A DNA stretch of 64,000 bases from Bdellovibrionota bacterium (GTDB lineage: Bacteria; Bdellovibrionota_G; JALEGL01; JAGRMV01): positions 38,082 to 102,081 of the forward strand of contig JAWKOB010000002.1 of NCBI GenBank assembly GCA_041391405.1. The letters run 5' to 3'. Positions within the stretch are counted from its first letter, which is position 1. Every line of letters starts with the position of its first letter. Shown one piece after another: positions 10,000 to 21,167 of this stretch. Below the pieces are notes generated by a model that was not told where the DNA came from, searched no databases, and worked only from the letters and a program-made list of their open reading frames with translations. A program made the translations under genes and the position numbers.

Positions 10000-10781
10000 G
10001 CGACATCCTGTTGTTTGACCTGATCGCCTGTCAAACCGAAACGGCGTTCACGTTTGTTGAATTGGTCGATGATGGATTTGAGTTCATCTACGCCAAAATC
10101 CGGCCACAAGGTTTCAGTGACGACATACTCGGAATAAATAGACTGCCATGGAAGAAAATTCGATGTCCTGAATTCTCCGCTGGTTCGAATAATCAATTCC
10201 GGATCGGGAATGTCATGGGTGTCGAGGTGTTTGGAAATCATTTCGGCTGTGACATCTTTGGATTCGATTTCCTCACGTTCGATTTTCACCGCGATTTTTT
10301 GCATCGCTCGAACCAGTTCCTCGCGTCCACCATAACTCAGGGCCAAAATCAGGTCCATTCCTGTGTTTTTGTTGGTGAGTTTCATTGTTTGTTCAAGAAT
10401 CGTGCGCTCGATCAAAGGAAGTTTCGAAGTGTTGCCGATCGTGCGAAGTCGAATACCTTCATCCATCATCAATGAGGTTTCAGACTGCAAAAAAATCTTC
10501 AGCAAAGACATAAGGCCCGTGACTTCCAATGTCGGGCGCTTCCAATTTTCTTCGGAAAATGCATACAGCGTAAGATGTTTTACGCCGAGTTTGCGGCACG
10601 CTGTGGTGATTTCACGAACGGTGTCGATGCCCTTGCGATGACCTTCAATACGATCAAGGTTTTTGGATTTGGCCCAACGGCCGTTACCATCCATGATGAT
10701 GCCGATATGATTCGGAATGAGGGCCTTTGAAAAAGCCCCACCTGCTGCGCCTTGCCTGCATTCGGCTTGCTCATTGAGCAT
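9996..10781 (-). CDS. uppS: undecaprenyl diphosphate synthase (isoprenyl transferase)
   Basis: 'HIGIIMDGNGRWA', 'LTLYAFSEENWKRP'. Confidence 0.9.
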   Translation of the reverse strand: MLNEQAECRQGAAGGAFSKALIPNHIGIIMDGNGRWAKSKNLDRIEGHRKGIDTVREITTACRKLGVKHLTLYAFSEENWKRPTLEVTGLMSLLKIFLQSETSLMMDEGIRLRTIGNTSKLPLIERTILEQTMKLTNKNTGMDLILALSYGGREELVRAMQKIAVKIEREEIESKDVTAEMISKHLDTHDIPDPELIIRTSGEFRTSNFLPWQSIYSEYVVTETLWPDFGVDELKSIIDQFNKRERRFGLTGDQVKQQDVA

Positions 10782-10847
10782 AAGTCAACTCCGCCGCCTC
10801 ACTTGTCGCGGCTTGCATTTGGAGCTTTTTGAAAGGCCCCATCACAA

Positions 10848-11405
10848 TCACACTTCCATGATTTCTTTTGATTTCTTGTCGAGAAGCGTGTCGATCTTTT
10901 TGATGGATTCGTCAGTAATCGCTTGAAGCTTATCTTGCCCTTTTTTCTGATCGTCTTCGCTGATCTTCTTGTCTTTCAATGCAGATTTGAGTTCATCCAT
11001 TCCGCTGCGGCGAATGTTGCGAACAGCCACGCGAGCTTCTTCGGCTTCTTTGCCGGCTTGTTTGACGATGTCCTTGCGGCGTTCTTCCGTTAGCGGTGGA
11101 AGTGGAATGCGCAAAATCTTTCCATCATTTTGAGGTGTCAATCCCAGATCAGATTTCTGGATAGCCTTTTCAATTTCGCCCAACGAAGTGGCATCCCAAG
11201 GCTGAATCGTAATCAAACGGGCTTCGGGAATATTGATCGCCGCCATTTGTGCGATAGGCGTCGGTGTTCCATAGTAATCCACCATGACTTTGTCCAAAAG
11301 AGAAGGAGTTGCTCGGCCTGTGCGAAGTTTTGCAAGATCGTCGGTGAATGAGGTCACGCTTTTATTCATCTGAGTTTGGCTATTTTGAATCAATGCATCG
11401 ATCAT
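10848..11405 (-). CDS. frr: ribosome recycling factor
   Basis: 185 aa, 'VRNIRR' and typical Frr length and position after pyrH. Confidence 0.9.
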   Translation of the reverse strand: MIDALIQNSQTQMNKSVTSFTDDLAKLRTGRATPSLLDKVMVDYYGTPTPIAQMAAINIPEARLITIQPWDATSLGEIEKAIQKSDLGLTPQNDGKILRIPLPPLTEERRKDIVKQAGKEAEEARVAVRNIRRSGMDELKSALKDKKISEDDQKKGQDKLQAITDESIKKIDTLLDKKSKEIMEV

Positions 11406-11407
11406 GA

Positions 11408-12112
<705 letters not shown>

Positions 12113-12126
<14 letters not shown>

Positions 12127-12740
12127 TTGTCCGCATTCTACCGTTAACTAGCTCTTGTCCAAGTTCAAAACGAACAAAACGTTTTACGGTGATGTTTTCG
12201 CCGAGTTTTGCGATTTTTTCAGTCAAAAGGGACTGAATTTTCATATCAGGATCTTTCACAAAACCTTGTTCGAGCAAGCAGATATCGCCGTAGTACTTGT
12301 CCATTTTACCTTCAACGATTTTTTCAATGACGTTTTCAGGTTTTTCATGGCGCGTACTTGATCGACGTGAACGCTTTTTCTCTTTCAACAACGGCTGCAG
12401 GAACATCTTCGCGTTTCACGAAAAGCGGGTTGGAAGCCGCTACGTGCATCGCGAGGTCCTTCACCAAGTTTTGGAAGTCATCGGTACGAGCTACGAAGTC
12501 GGTTTCGCAGTTTACTTCGATCAAAACGCCGATTTTACCACCAGCGTGGATGTATGAAGAAACGCAACCATCGGATGCCGTACGGGATGCTTTTGGCAGC
12601 GGAAGCAAGACCCTTCTTGCGAAGGAAATCCAATGCTTTTCCATGTCGCCACCAGTTTCAGCAAGGGCTGCTTTGCAGTCCATCATGCCAGCACCGGTTT
12701 TTTCGCGTAGATTTTTTACCATTTCTGCTGTGATTGCCAT
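12113..12740 (-). CDS. tsf: elongation factor Ts (short form), frameshifted at about 3 sites in this assembly
   Basis: N-terminus '[26 protein letters not shown]', core '[14 protein letters not shown]', C-terminus '[18 protein letters not shown]'. A compensating indel pair in A-runs (about 12591-12640) turns canonical '[17 protein letters not shown]' into '[17 protein letters not shown]'. A further shift near 12347-12355. Confidence 0.85.
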
Positions 12741-12758
12741 GTTTGTCTCCTAGCTAAA

Positions 12759-13621
12759 TTAGCTGTTGGCAGCTTCAGTCTTTTCAGTAGCTGCGGCTTT
12801 TTTGGTTGGTTTTTCTTTTTCAACGATCGGGCCTTTTTCTTCGCCTTCAGCGGTAGCAGGAGCTTCTTCAGCTTTGCTTCTTTGGCCTTTTCTTGTTCTC
12901 GAGCTCTTGTTGCATGCGTTTGCGGCTTTCTTCCTGAATGCGGATTTCGAATGCGCCATTGCCTTCGATGCACGCATTTGCGATTTCAGAGAAGAACAAA
13001 CGTACGGATTTCAAAGCGTCGTCATTCGCAGGAAGAACGTGCTCGATGTTGTCCGGATTGCAGTTTGTGTCGGTGATCGAAACGACCGGAATGCCAAGGG
13101 TGTTGGCTTCTTGGATCGCGATGTGTTCTTTGTTCGGATCAACAACTACGAGAAGACCAGGGTCTCAGACATCGATTTGATACCGCCAAGGTTTTTTCCA
13201 AGTTGAGCTTTTCTTTGTTCATCTTGAGTTGGTCTTTTTTGGAGTAGTTTTTGGATTCATCCGTTGTGAGGATTTTGTCCAAATGTTCCAAACGTTGAAT
13301 ACGTTTTTTGATCGTTTCAGTTTGTGAGCATACCACCAGCCAGCGACGGTTGACGTAGAACTGCTTGGAGCGTTCAGCTTCTTCTTGAACGATTTCTTGC
13401 GCTTGAAGTTTGGTTCCAACGAACAAAACTTTTTTGCCGTCAGTTACGGTTTGAACGATCGCTTTGCGCGCTTTGGTCCATTGGTCCAGGTTTTTCAAGA
13501 TTGATGATGTAGATCCGTTGCGAGCGCCGTAGATGTACGGTTTCATTTTTGGGTTCCAGCGATGAGTTTGGTGGCCGAAATGCGCACCGGCATCAGCAAT
13601 TAGTTTCATTGTAATAGACAT
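12759..13621 (-). CDS. rpsB: 30S ribosomal protein S2, fragmented by at least 5 single-base indels in this assembly
   Basis: N-terminus 'LIADAGAHFGHQTHRWNPKMKPYIYGARN'. The near-universal motif 'RWLGGMLTNWKT' reads 'RWLVVCSQTETIKK' here but is recovered by restoring one G, one G and one A within about 35 bp (about 13345-13375). Middle 'VVVDPNKEHIAIQEANTLGIPVVSITDTNCNPD' and the acidic tail sit in two other frames. Confidence 0.85.
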
Positions 13622-14410
13622 GGTTTTTCTTTTCTATTTAGGTTGAACTGCGGCTATTTCCACCTTATTTTTGAAACAAGTCCCTTTACCTTGACACCTA
13701 GGGGTGAGGAAACATTCCTCAAATTTGGGCAGATTTTGATTGATGCCAAATCGAAAAGCCTGATTCGTTTTGATTCAAGTCCACTATGGATTTGAACGTG
13801 GCGAGTTTAACAACGAATCCCGTTTTTCGCAAGACCTAAACGACTTTTCGATACAGGGCCAAATCTCTTAAAAATTGTAAAAAAGCGTATTTTTTAATGA
13901 AAATAAGCGAAAAAGTATCAAAAAACGTCATTTTTCATCAAAAATTGATTAATTTTGATGAAAATCATAAGTTTTTGAATGGAATTATCCACAATTGTAC
14001 AATTTTCTTTGGTCCAAGGCTTGCAGATTTGATTTTGATTGATGTTGGGGTAAAAAAACATGATGAAAGGTTGGAATGCAAATGGCTCGGGACACCAAAA
14101 CGTATAAAGGCAATAAAAGAGATCAATACACGATCGTGTTGGAAGAAATTCGAGATAAGTTTGATCTTTTTGGTGAAGCTTTACAGGTTACAAATCAGAA
14201 TGTTGTTGAGCTTAGATCAGATTTCAAGCGTTTGGACCGAAAAGTGGACGTTTAAGTCTAGATGTTGCGATTTTTAAAATCTGACGTATCGGTTTTAAAG
14301 TCTGATGTTAAAGAAATGAAAGGCATTTTTCGTAAACATGATAAAGAATTTGATGATCATGAAGAACGCATCGTTGCTTTAGAAAATTCCTAATCAAATT
14401 TTGTGATTTC

Positions 14411-15972
14411 ATGATCAGATCAAATCTCGAAAAGATCCTGCGCGAAAAATTCCGTTTGTCCGTTTTTCGAAATGGTCAGTACGAGATCATTTCGGAAGTA
14501 ATTGAAAAAAAGGATGTAATTGCAGTCTTGCCGACAGGTGGTGGAAAATCGCTTTGCTATCAACTTCCCGCGCTAGCGCTGAACAATTGGTGATCGTCAT
14601 TTCTCCGTTAATTGCCTTGATGAAAGATCAGGTGGCATCGCTTCAGAGATTGGGATTGGGTGTGGGGTGTCTTTATTCAGGGCAAAGTTATCTCGAGAAA
14701 AAATTTGTTTTTGATGAAATCAAAAAGATTGAAACATTTGTCCTTTATCTTTCTCCAGAGCGAGCCAATACAGATGGTTTCAAAACTTGGATCAAAAATC
14801 AAACCATCGCACTTTTTGCCGTGGATGAAGCGCACTGTGTGTCACATTGGGGACATGATTTTCGAAAGGAATATGCGCAGCTAAAATTTCTCAAAGAACT
14901 TCGTCCTGATGTTCCTTTGCTTGCTCTCACAGCCTCGGCTACACCGACCGTTATCAGAGATATTTCAACTCAACTAACGCTCAAAAATCCAGCACATAAA
15001 GTCTATGGGTTTTATCGTAAAAATCTTTATTACCAGGTTGAATCCTGCAGTGATGAGGATGAAAAATTTAGATACCTTGCGCAGGCCTGCGAGCAAAATC
15101 CAAAAGGTCGAATTTTGATTTATTGCGGAACCAGAAAAATGACTCAGGAGGTAGCTGATTTTTTGTCCAGACGCTGGGATGCTGTGGGATTTTATCATGC
15201 TGGAATGACTACCGAAGAACGTACTGCAATTCAAAATTCATACATTGAAGGATCGCTTCGAATTCTCACGGCCACCAATGCTTTTGGAATGGGTGTGGAT
15301 CAGCCTGATGTTCGATTGGTTGTTCATTTTCAAATGCCGGCTAATATCGATTCGCTCTATCAAGAAATGGGGCGTGCAGGTCGAGATGGGGAAGCTTCCA
15401 CATGCCTGATGCTCTACTCAAAAAAAGATAAAGGACTTCAAACATTTTTTATTGAAAGTTCGGATGCGCCTAAACCAGTGAAAAATCTGCGTTATGAAAA
15501 TCTCAATGCGCTAATGAGTTATGCTGAAGGTGGAGAGTGTCGTCAGGCAGAAATTTTAACATACTTCAAGGATGCTCAGCGGATCAAAGTTTGTGGACAC
15601 TGTGATACCTGTCTTCCCAAATCTTTGCGAAAAATCATCAAGCCGACCCAGAGTTTTAAAACGATTCTTAGAAAAGCGATTCCCAAACCATTGACAAAAC
15701 GGCAAGGGGAGGAAAACGCCATGCTTAACCCTGAGCAAGAAACCCGATTTAAACTCCTCAAGCAATGGCGTCGCCAAAAGTCATTGGAGCTTGATATTCC
15801 GGCATTTATTGTCTTTAGTGATCGCACCTTGAGAAATTTGGCTTTTGCGAATCCACAAAAGACAGAAGCGCTTTATGCGATTCATGGAATTGGGGAGGCA
15901 AAAATCGCACAATATGGTCCTGAAATTTTAAATTTGTTGGACTCAAAAAACTTTGAATTTGCTGACAAATGA
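14411..15972 (+). CDS. recQ: ATP-dependent DNA helicase RecQ (with RecQ-Ct zinc and HRDC domains), one frameshift near 14585
   Basis: 'PTGGGKSLCYQLPAL', DEAH 'AVDEAHCVSHWGHDF', zinc 'CGHCDTC', HRDC 'SDRTLRNLAFANPQKTEALYAIHGIGEAKIAQYG'. AATTGG at about 14581-14586 should be AATTTGG to give '...LALNNLVIVISPLIALMKDQ'. Confidence 0.85.
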
Positions 15973-15987
15973 TGTGAAATCGGACTT

Positions 15988-17079
15988 ATGTCAGATTTCT
16001 TTTCCGCGGCCACCACAGGATTTTTGAAACCCATTGCCTCGCTTTTGGAAGATGAAGGCATTTCAGAGATCATGATCAATGGTCATGATGAGATCTTTGC
16101 TGAGAAAAAGGGCAAAATCTTCAAAACCAAACTCAACTTTGAAGACGAGGAGCAGCTCATGGCAGCGGTTCGCCGGATTGCCCAAGCCGTGGGAAAGACC
16201 GTGGACGAGGAACATCCTATTTTGGACGGTCGTTTGCCAGATGGATCGCGCGTGAATGCCGTTTTGTCGCCGGTCGCCCGAAAAGGCATCTATGTCTCAA
16301 TCCGTAAATTCATGAATGACAGCTTGAGCGTCAAACAGTTGGTTCAATTCGGGGCGATGTCCGTGGAGATGGCGAAGTTCCTGAATCTTTGCTGTGCCAT
16401 GGCCAAAAACATGATCGTTTCTGGGGGAACTTCTTCGGGTAAGACCACACTTTTGAACGTGGTTTCCAGTCTGATTCCCAAAGATCAACGCATTATTGTG
16501 ATCGAAGACGCTTCAGAACTTCAATTGCAGCAAGAACACGTCCTTCCGATGGAAACGCGTGCGCCGGATTCGATGGGTGAGGGTGGGGTGACCATGCGTG
16601 ATTTGGTGAAGTCTTCCCTTCGTATGCGTCCGGATCGAATTGTCATTGGTGAGATTCGTGGAGCTGAAGCGATGGATCTTTTGCAAGCGATGAACACAGG
16701 TCACTCTGGATCGATGACAACCTTGCATGCCAATACCCCCAAAGGTGCATTGGCGCGTTTGGAAACGCTGGCATTGATGTCGGATGTGGAGATGCCACTG
16801 GTTGCCCTTCGCAGCCAAGTAGCTTCAGCGGTGGATATTGTGATTCAAGCTTCACGCCTTCGTGATGGTTCCAGAAAAATTACCCATATTTCGGAAGTGC
16901 TCGATTTGGATGAGAAGGGAAACTATCAGGTCAACGACATTTTCGTTTATCAAGCCAAAGACGTGGGCAAAGACGGCAAAATGGTGGGGGAGCATGTGCC
17001 AACAGGCAATATTCCAACCTTCCTGGAAGATGCCAAGGCTCAGGGGTTTACAGTTGATGAGGATCTGTTCAAGAAATGA
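15988..17079 (+). CDS. CpaF/TadA-family (VirB11-like) secretion ATPase lacking the usual N-terminal domain
   Basis: 'ISEIMINGHDEIF', Walker A 'GGTSSGKTTLLN', 'IVIGEIRGAEAMDLLQAMNTGHSGSMTTLHANTPKGALARLETLAL' align closely with the CpaF core. Only about 24 aa precede the core. 363 aa. Confidence 0.75.
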   Translation: MSDFFSAATTGFLKPIASLLEDEGISEIMINGHDEIFAEKKGKIFKTKLNFEDEEQLMAAVRRIAQAVGKTVDEEHPILDGRLPDGSRVNAVLSPVARKGIYVSIRKFMNDSLSVKQLVQFGAMSVEMAKFLNLCCAMAKNMIVSGGTSSGKTTLLNVVSSLIPKDQRIIVIEDASELQLQQEHVLPMETRAPDSMGEGGVTMRDLVKSSLRMRPDRIVIGEIRGAEAMDLLQAMNTGHSGSMTTLHANTPKGALARLETLALMSDVEMPLVALRSQVASAVDIVIQASRLRDGSRKITHISEVLDLDEKGNYQVNDIFVYQAKDVGKDGKMVGEHVPTGNIPTFLEDAKAQGFTVDEDLFKK

Positions 17080-17663
17080 TCGATGAAATTCTAGAATTTT
17101 GGTTTGGGGATTCCTTGGAGAAAGATCCGCTGAAAAACGCCGCGCTTTGGTTCAAAAAGGATCCCAACTTTGACATGGATATATCGGAAAAGTTCAAGGA
17201 TCTTTTGCCGCAGGCCCAAGAAGGAAAACTGGACGATTGGAAAAAAACGCCTCAAGGTAGCCTGGCATTCATCATTCTCACCGATCAATTTCCAAGAAAC
17301 ATTTTTCGAAATCAAAAAACTTCATTTGCGTTTGATCCGTTGGCGCTAAAAACATCCAAAGATGGCATTGAACACAAGTTGGATAAGTCCCTGCACTGGG
17401 TGGAGCGCGTGTTTTATTACATGCCTTTCATGCATTCGGAAGATCTAAAAACTCAGGAACAATCTCTCCTTCTTTATCAGAATCTTCTGCGAGAAACGCC
17501 CAAGCCATTCAAAGATTCGGTCGAGAACAATTACGATTACGCCATGAAACATTATGAAATCATTCATCGATTCAATCGGTTTCCACATCGTAATTTGATT
17601 CTCAAGCGTGAATCCACCCCAGAAGAAATCGAGTTTTTGAAGCAGCCCGGTTCCTCATTCTAG
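17076..17663 (+). CDS. DUF924-family protein
   Basis: 'YMPFMHSEDL', 'HRFNRFPHRNLILKRESTPEEIEFL' match DUF924 conserved C-terminal motifs. Start overlaps the upstream stop (ATGA). Confidence 0.65.
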   Translation: MIDEILEFWFGDSLEKDPLKNAALWFKKDPNFDMDISEKFKDLLPQAQEGKLDDWKKTPQGSLAFIILTDQFPRNIFRNQKTSFAFDPLALKTSKDGIEHKLDKSLHWVERVFYYMPFMHSEDLKTQEQSLLLYQNLLRETPKPFKDSVENNYDYAMKHYEIIHRFNRFPHRNLILKRESTPEEIEFLKQPGSSF

Positions 17664-17778
17664 ACCGCACCTCCCGGTATAATATTGTATCGGTACAGCA
17701 GTACATTTTCCTTGCCTTCGGTTCCAAATGCGATAGATATGGTCTTGTGGGTTCTTCAAAGTTTGCGGGGAGGTTAGG

Positions 17779-18438
17779 ATGAAAAACATATGGGTATTGA
17801 TTGTGATGTTGGTTCCATCGTTGTTGATGGCCGATACCAAGGTTGATTTTGAAATTTCGCTGATCGGCATTCAAGGACAAATTGACCGTTATCCACTTGA
17901 ATTTGAAATGGCGGTGTTTTGCTCGAGCGATATAGCGACGTTGGAATTTCTCAACCAGATTCGAGAATCATTGTCAGAGGAGCAAATCGACGAGTTGAAT
18001 CAAAAGCGGGTAATTTCCGGCAAGTCTTTGAAGATGAACATTGCTTACAATGTCGTGGTGCCAAGCAATCCTTACTTCAAGCCATATCCGGGGTTTGAGA
18101 ATGTTTATCGAGAAAAGCACCAGTACACACTGAATGATGAACGAGGTAGTAAAAAAAGGTTCGATAAATTTCAAGTAAGTGTTCGGACAGATGCCTGGGG
18201 AGCCAGTTCGCTTTCGGGAAGCTTGCCGATGGAAATGCTTGAATCGATGGTGCATGATTCAAATCTGAAGGAAAAAAGATTCAAAATGCAGGATGACGGA
18301 GTCGAGTACATCTTTTCGATCGCACGGTCTGCAAATAGAGCGGTTGCGGAATGTGCTGACGGAAGCTGTCAGCTTCCAGCTATGGATAGAATTGAAAATG
18401 AAATCATGGAGTGTGACGGAACTTGCGTTATGAAATAA
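17779..18438 (+). CDS. secreted hypothetical protein with Cys-rich C-terminus
   Basis: Signal peptide 'MKNIWVLIVMLVPSLLMA', 5 Cys in the last 45 aa. RBS GGGAGG upstream. Confidence 0.5.
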   Translation: MKNIWVLIVMLVPSLLMADTKVDFEISLIGIQGQIDRYPLEFEMAVFCSSDIATLEFLNQIRESLSEEQIDELNQKRVISGKSLKMNIAYNVVVPSNPYFKPYPGFENVYREKHQYTLNDERGSKKRFDKFQVSVRTDAWGASSLSGSLPMEMLESMVHDSNLKEKRFKMQDDGVEYIFSIARSANRAVAECADGSCQLPAMDRIENEIMECDGTCVMK

Positions 18439-18454
18439 TCAGCGCGCCAGCAAT

Positions 18455-18685
18455 TTATTTCCAGGAGATCAGGCGTCCGTTCTTGTCTTTGAACAGGTTG
18501 CATGCAATCAGGATCAAATCGATGGTGTACCAAATTCCAAAACCACCAAGGGTGAGAATCATGAGCACGCCCGTTCCGATTTTACCAACGTAAAAGCGGT
18601 GAACACCGAAGTAGCCCAAGAAAAAGGCAAAAAGAGCCGTTGCCCAAAATGAACGATCGCTTTTTTCAACGGTTGCTTTTTCCAT
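18455..18685 (-). CDS. TM2 domain-containing membrane protein
   Basis: 'GYFGVHRFYVGKIGTGVLMILTLGGFGIWYTIDLILI' matches the TM2 domain pattern. 76 aa. Confidence 0.6.
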   Translation of the reverse strand: MEKATVEKSDRSFWATALFAFFLGYFGVHRFYVGKIGTGVLMILTLGGFGIWYTIDLILIACNLFKDKNGRLISWK

Positions 18686-18698
18686 GTTTTCTCCAGAG

Positions 18699-20015
18699 TT
18701 AAGGTGTCAATCGTTCCATCATGCGTGGAAACGGAATGGTTTCGCGAACATGGTGAAGACCACAAACCCATGTCACGAGGCGTTCTAGGCCAAGGCCAAA
18801 GCCAGCATGGGGAACTGAACCGTAACGGCGCAGATCGAAATACCATTCGAAAGCTTCACTTGTAAGATTGTGTTCCTGGATTTTCTTTTCAAGAACTTCC
18901 AGGCGAATTTCACGTTCGCCACCACCGATGACCTCTCCGTAACCTTCAGGGGCCAAAATATCCATCGACATGGAAAGTTTGGCATTGGTTGGATCTTCTT
19001 TCATGTAAAACGCTTTGAATACAGTTGGGAATCTGTGAACGATGATCGGACGATCATATTGCTGTGTCAAAATGGTTTCATCTTCAGCGCCGAAATCCGT
19101 TCCCCACTGAATCGGTGAACCCAGTTCATTTAGTTTTTTAACGGATTCATCGTAGGACAATCGAATGAAAGGCTTTTGAACTTGTTCGAGCTTGGTGGTG
19201 TCGCGCTCGATGATCTTGAAATCTTCTTTATGCTTTTCCAGTGCTCGGGAAACGACATACACCAGGAAATCTTCCGCCAAAATCATGTTGGCTTCCAAAT
19301 CGTTGAAGGCCACTTCCGGCTCCACCATCCAAAATTCGGTCAAGTGACGGCGGGTTTTGGATTTTTCCGCGCGGAAGGTCGGACCAAAGCAGTAAACTTT
19401 GCCAAAAGCCATCGCCCCCGCTTCCATGTAGAGCTGGCCACTTTGGGTGAGATAGGCATTTTCTCCGAAGTACTCGGTTTTGAAGAGGGTGGAGGTTCCT
19501 TCGCATGCGTTGGGCGTGAAGATCGGCGCATCCAAGTTGATGAAATCTTTCGAATCAAAATAATCGCGGATAGCTTTGATCAGCGTATTGCGGATTTTCA
19601 TGATGGAGTGTTGGCGTTTGGAACGTAGCCACAAATGACGGTGGTCGAGCAAAAAGGCGAAACCGTGTTCTTTGGGTGAGATTGGATAGTCTTTTGCGAT
19701 CTGCATCAGTTCGATGCTGGAAACACCAAGTTCGAATCCAAGGTCAGAACGAGCATCTTTGCGAACCGTTCCAGTGACAGCAAAGGAAGATTCCTGCGTG
19801 AGCTGGTTTCCCTTTTCGAAATCTTCTTCGGATACGTCGTTTTTCGCGGCAACACACTGGATGATTCCAGTTCCGTCACGGAGTTGAAGAAAGTGGATTT
19901 TCCCGCTTCCACGTTTGTTGTATAGCCAGCCTTGCAGGCGCACCTGTTGGCCGTCATATTTGGATATTTCGGAGATTCGGACGTTTGGGATCGTGCTCAT
20001 GTTACTTCCAGACAA
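18699..20015 (-). CDS. asnS: asparagine--tRNA ligase
   Basis: Class IIb motifs, '[28 protein letters not shown]' (AsnRS motif 2), 'GLGLERLV' motif 3. 438 aa. Confidence 0.8.
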   Translation of the reverse strand: MSGSNMSTIPNVRISEISKYDGQQVRLQGWLYNKRGSGKIHFLQLRDGTGIIQCVAAKNDVSEEDFEKGNQLTQESSFAVTGTVRKDARSDLGFELGVSSIELMQIAKDYPISPKEHGFAFLLDHRHLWLRSKRQHSIMKIRNTLIKAIRDYFDSKDFINLDAPIFTPNACEGTSTLFKTEYFGENAYLTQSGQLYMEAGAMAFGKVYCFGPTFRAEKSKTRRHLTEFWMVEPEVAFNDLEANMILAEDFLVYVVSRALEKHKEDFKIIERDTTKLEQVQKPFIRLSYDESVKKLNELGSPIQWGTDFGAEDETILTQQYDRPIIVHRFPTVFKAFYMKEDPTNAKLSMSMDILAPEGYGEVIGGGEREIRLEVLEKKIQEHNLTSEAFEWYFDLRRYGSVPHAGFGLGLERLVTWVCGLHHVRETIPFPRMMERLTP

Positions 20016-20592
20016 ATGTTAATTCGCGAACGGTACCTTTCATGACCAGGGTCTTGCCTACGGTCGCGGTTTTTGGAAAACGAACGCGATATAGACGAGC
20101 CCACTCATTCATGTGCGGATAAAAATACTTGCGCTGTGTGCCGAGTTGGGTGTTGTTGATTTCAACGGCCTCCACCATGCCATTGCTCGTGTCGTCGGTT
20201 TTCAAAAAGAATTTCCATACGACTGTTTTGGGATCTTGGTTGTTGAGTCGAATATTGTCATTTTCCGAAGCGTAGTGAACGACCATGAATTCATCGTATT
20301 TTTCCAAATCAGCTTTTCTTTCCGCCATCATCGTTTCTTTTTTGAAGTCGTTGAGGGAGAAGATTCGAGCATATTCGTTGACGTATTCCTCTGCCAATTG
20401 AGGCGTGACATAGGTGATGTAAGTTTCATACAGGGCCTTGTCTAAACCGTACAAGCGCTCGTACTTGGTCTGGGACTGTAGAGTTTTGTGATACGGAGTA
20501 TCTGGCCATCCACCGAAGGTGATACGGGAATGTTCGCAGCTCATGAAGCCAAGGATAAGGAATGCAAGTAGAAGGCGAATTTTCAAAGTCAT
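20002..20592 (-). CDS. hypothetical lipoprotein
   Basis: Internal Met gives '[19 protein letters not shown]' lipobox-type signal. The longer ORF to 20628 would overlap asnS. Confidence 0.45.
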   Translation of the reverse strand: MTLKIRLLLAFLILGFMSCEHSRITFGGWPDTPYHKTLQSQTKYERLYGLDKALYETYITYVTPQLAEEYVNEYARIFSLNDFKKETMMAERKADLEKYDEFMVVHYASENDNIRLNNQDPKTVVWKFFLKTDDTSNGMVEAVEINNTQLGTQRKYFYPHMNEWARLYRVRFPKTATVGKTLVMKGTVRELTFVWK

Positions 20593-20665
20593 GTTGGAGG
20601 TTATAGCGCAGTAGGCGCTGAAATTCAATTTGAGTTGAAAGACATTTCAGGGTAGGAAGGAACCC

Positions 20666-21103
20666 ATGAAACCAATCTTTTTTGAGGATATTGAATTGAA
20701 CAAAGTCTACTCCTCTGGTGAGCGTGTGATGACGGATGGTGACATTAAAACTTTCGCAGAGCTCAGCGGGGATTTTAACCCTCTTCATATGGATGATGCT
20801 TTTGCCAAAGCCAATCTTTTTGGCCAGCGCATTGCTCATGGACTTTTGGGACTTTCGATTGCATCGGGCTTAAAAACCGACGAGCCGCCATTGCACATTT
20901 TGGCGTTCAAAGAAGTTTCTTGGAAGTTCAAGCGCCCCATTTTCATTGGTGACAAGATTCATTTGGAAACCAAAGCGATCGAAAAAACCGATGCGCGCAT
21001 GCCTGGAACAGGCGATGTCTTGGTGGAGCGCAAATTGATCAACCAGGACGGCAAAGTTACCCAAGAAGGAATCTTCACTTTGCTAGTAAAAAAGAAATCG
21101 TAG
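20666..21103 (+). CDS. MaoC-like (hotdog fold) dehydratase
   Basis: 'FAELSGDFNPLHMDDAFAK...GQRIAHG' MaoC dehydratase signature. 145 aa. Confidence 0.75.
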   Translation: MKPIFFEDIELNKVYSSGERVMTDGDIKTFAELSGDFNPLHMDDAFAKANLFGQRIAHGLLGLSIASGLKTDEPPLHILAFKEVSWKFKRPIFIGDKIHLETKAIEKTDARMPGTGDVLVERKLINQDGKVTQEGIFTLLVKKKS

Positions 21104-21109
21104 GTGATC

Positions 21110-21141
21110 GCAAATGAATCCGGCTTTGCTGGTTCATTTGC
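21110..21141. terminator. hairpin between convergent genes (GCAAATGAA-N14-TTCATTTGC)
   Basis: Perfect 9-bp inverted repeat directly after the MaoC stop, between convergent genes. Confidence 0.45.
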
Positions 21142-21150
21142 ATGACGAAT

Positions 21151-21166
21151 GCGGCCGACGGGCCGC
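21151..21166. terminator. GC-rich hairpin GCGGCC-GACG-GGCCGC between convergent genes
   Basis: Perfect 6-bp GC stem with 4-nt loop 2 nt before the stop of the minus-strand gene 21168..22346. No clear U-tract. Confidence 0.4.
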
Positions 21167-21167
21167 G

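Noticed and set aside
10782-10847. Possible attenuator hairpin between frr and uppS
   Set aside because: Imperfect GC stem (GCCGC...GCGGC) with 10-nt loop, no U-tract. The genes are probably simply co-transcribed.
13897-14277. 126-aa ORF in the AT-rich rpsB/recQ intergenic region
   Set aside because: Low-complexity, Ile/Lys/Phe-rich translation typical of AT-rich non-coding DNA read in a random frame. A different frame starting at 14082 looks more protein-like (see findings).
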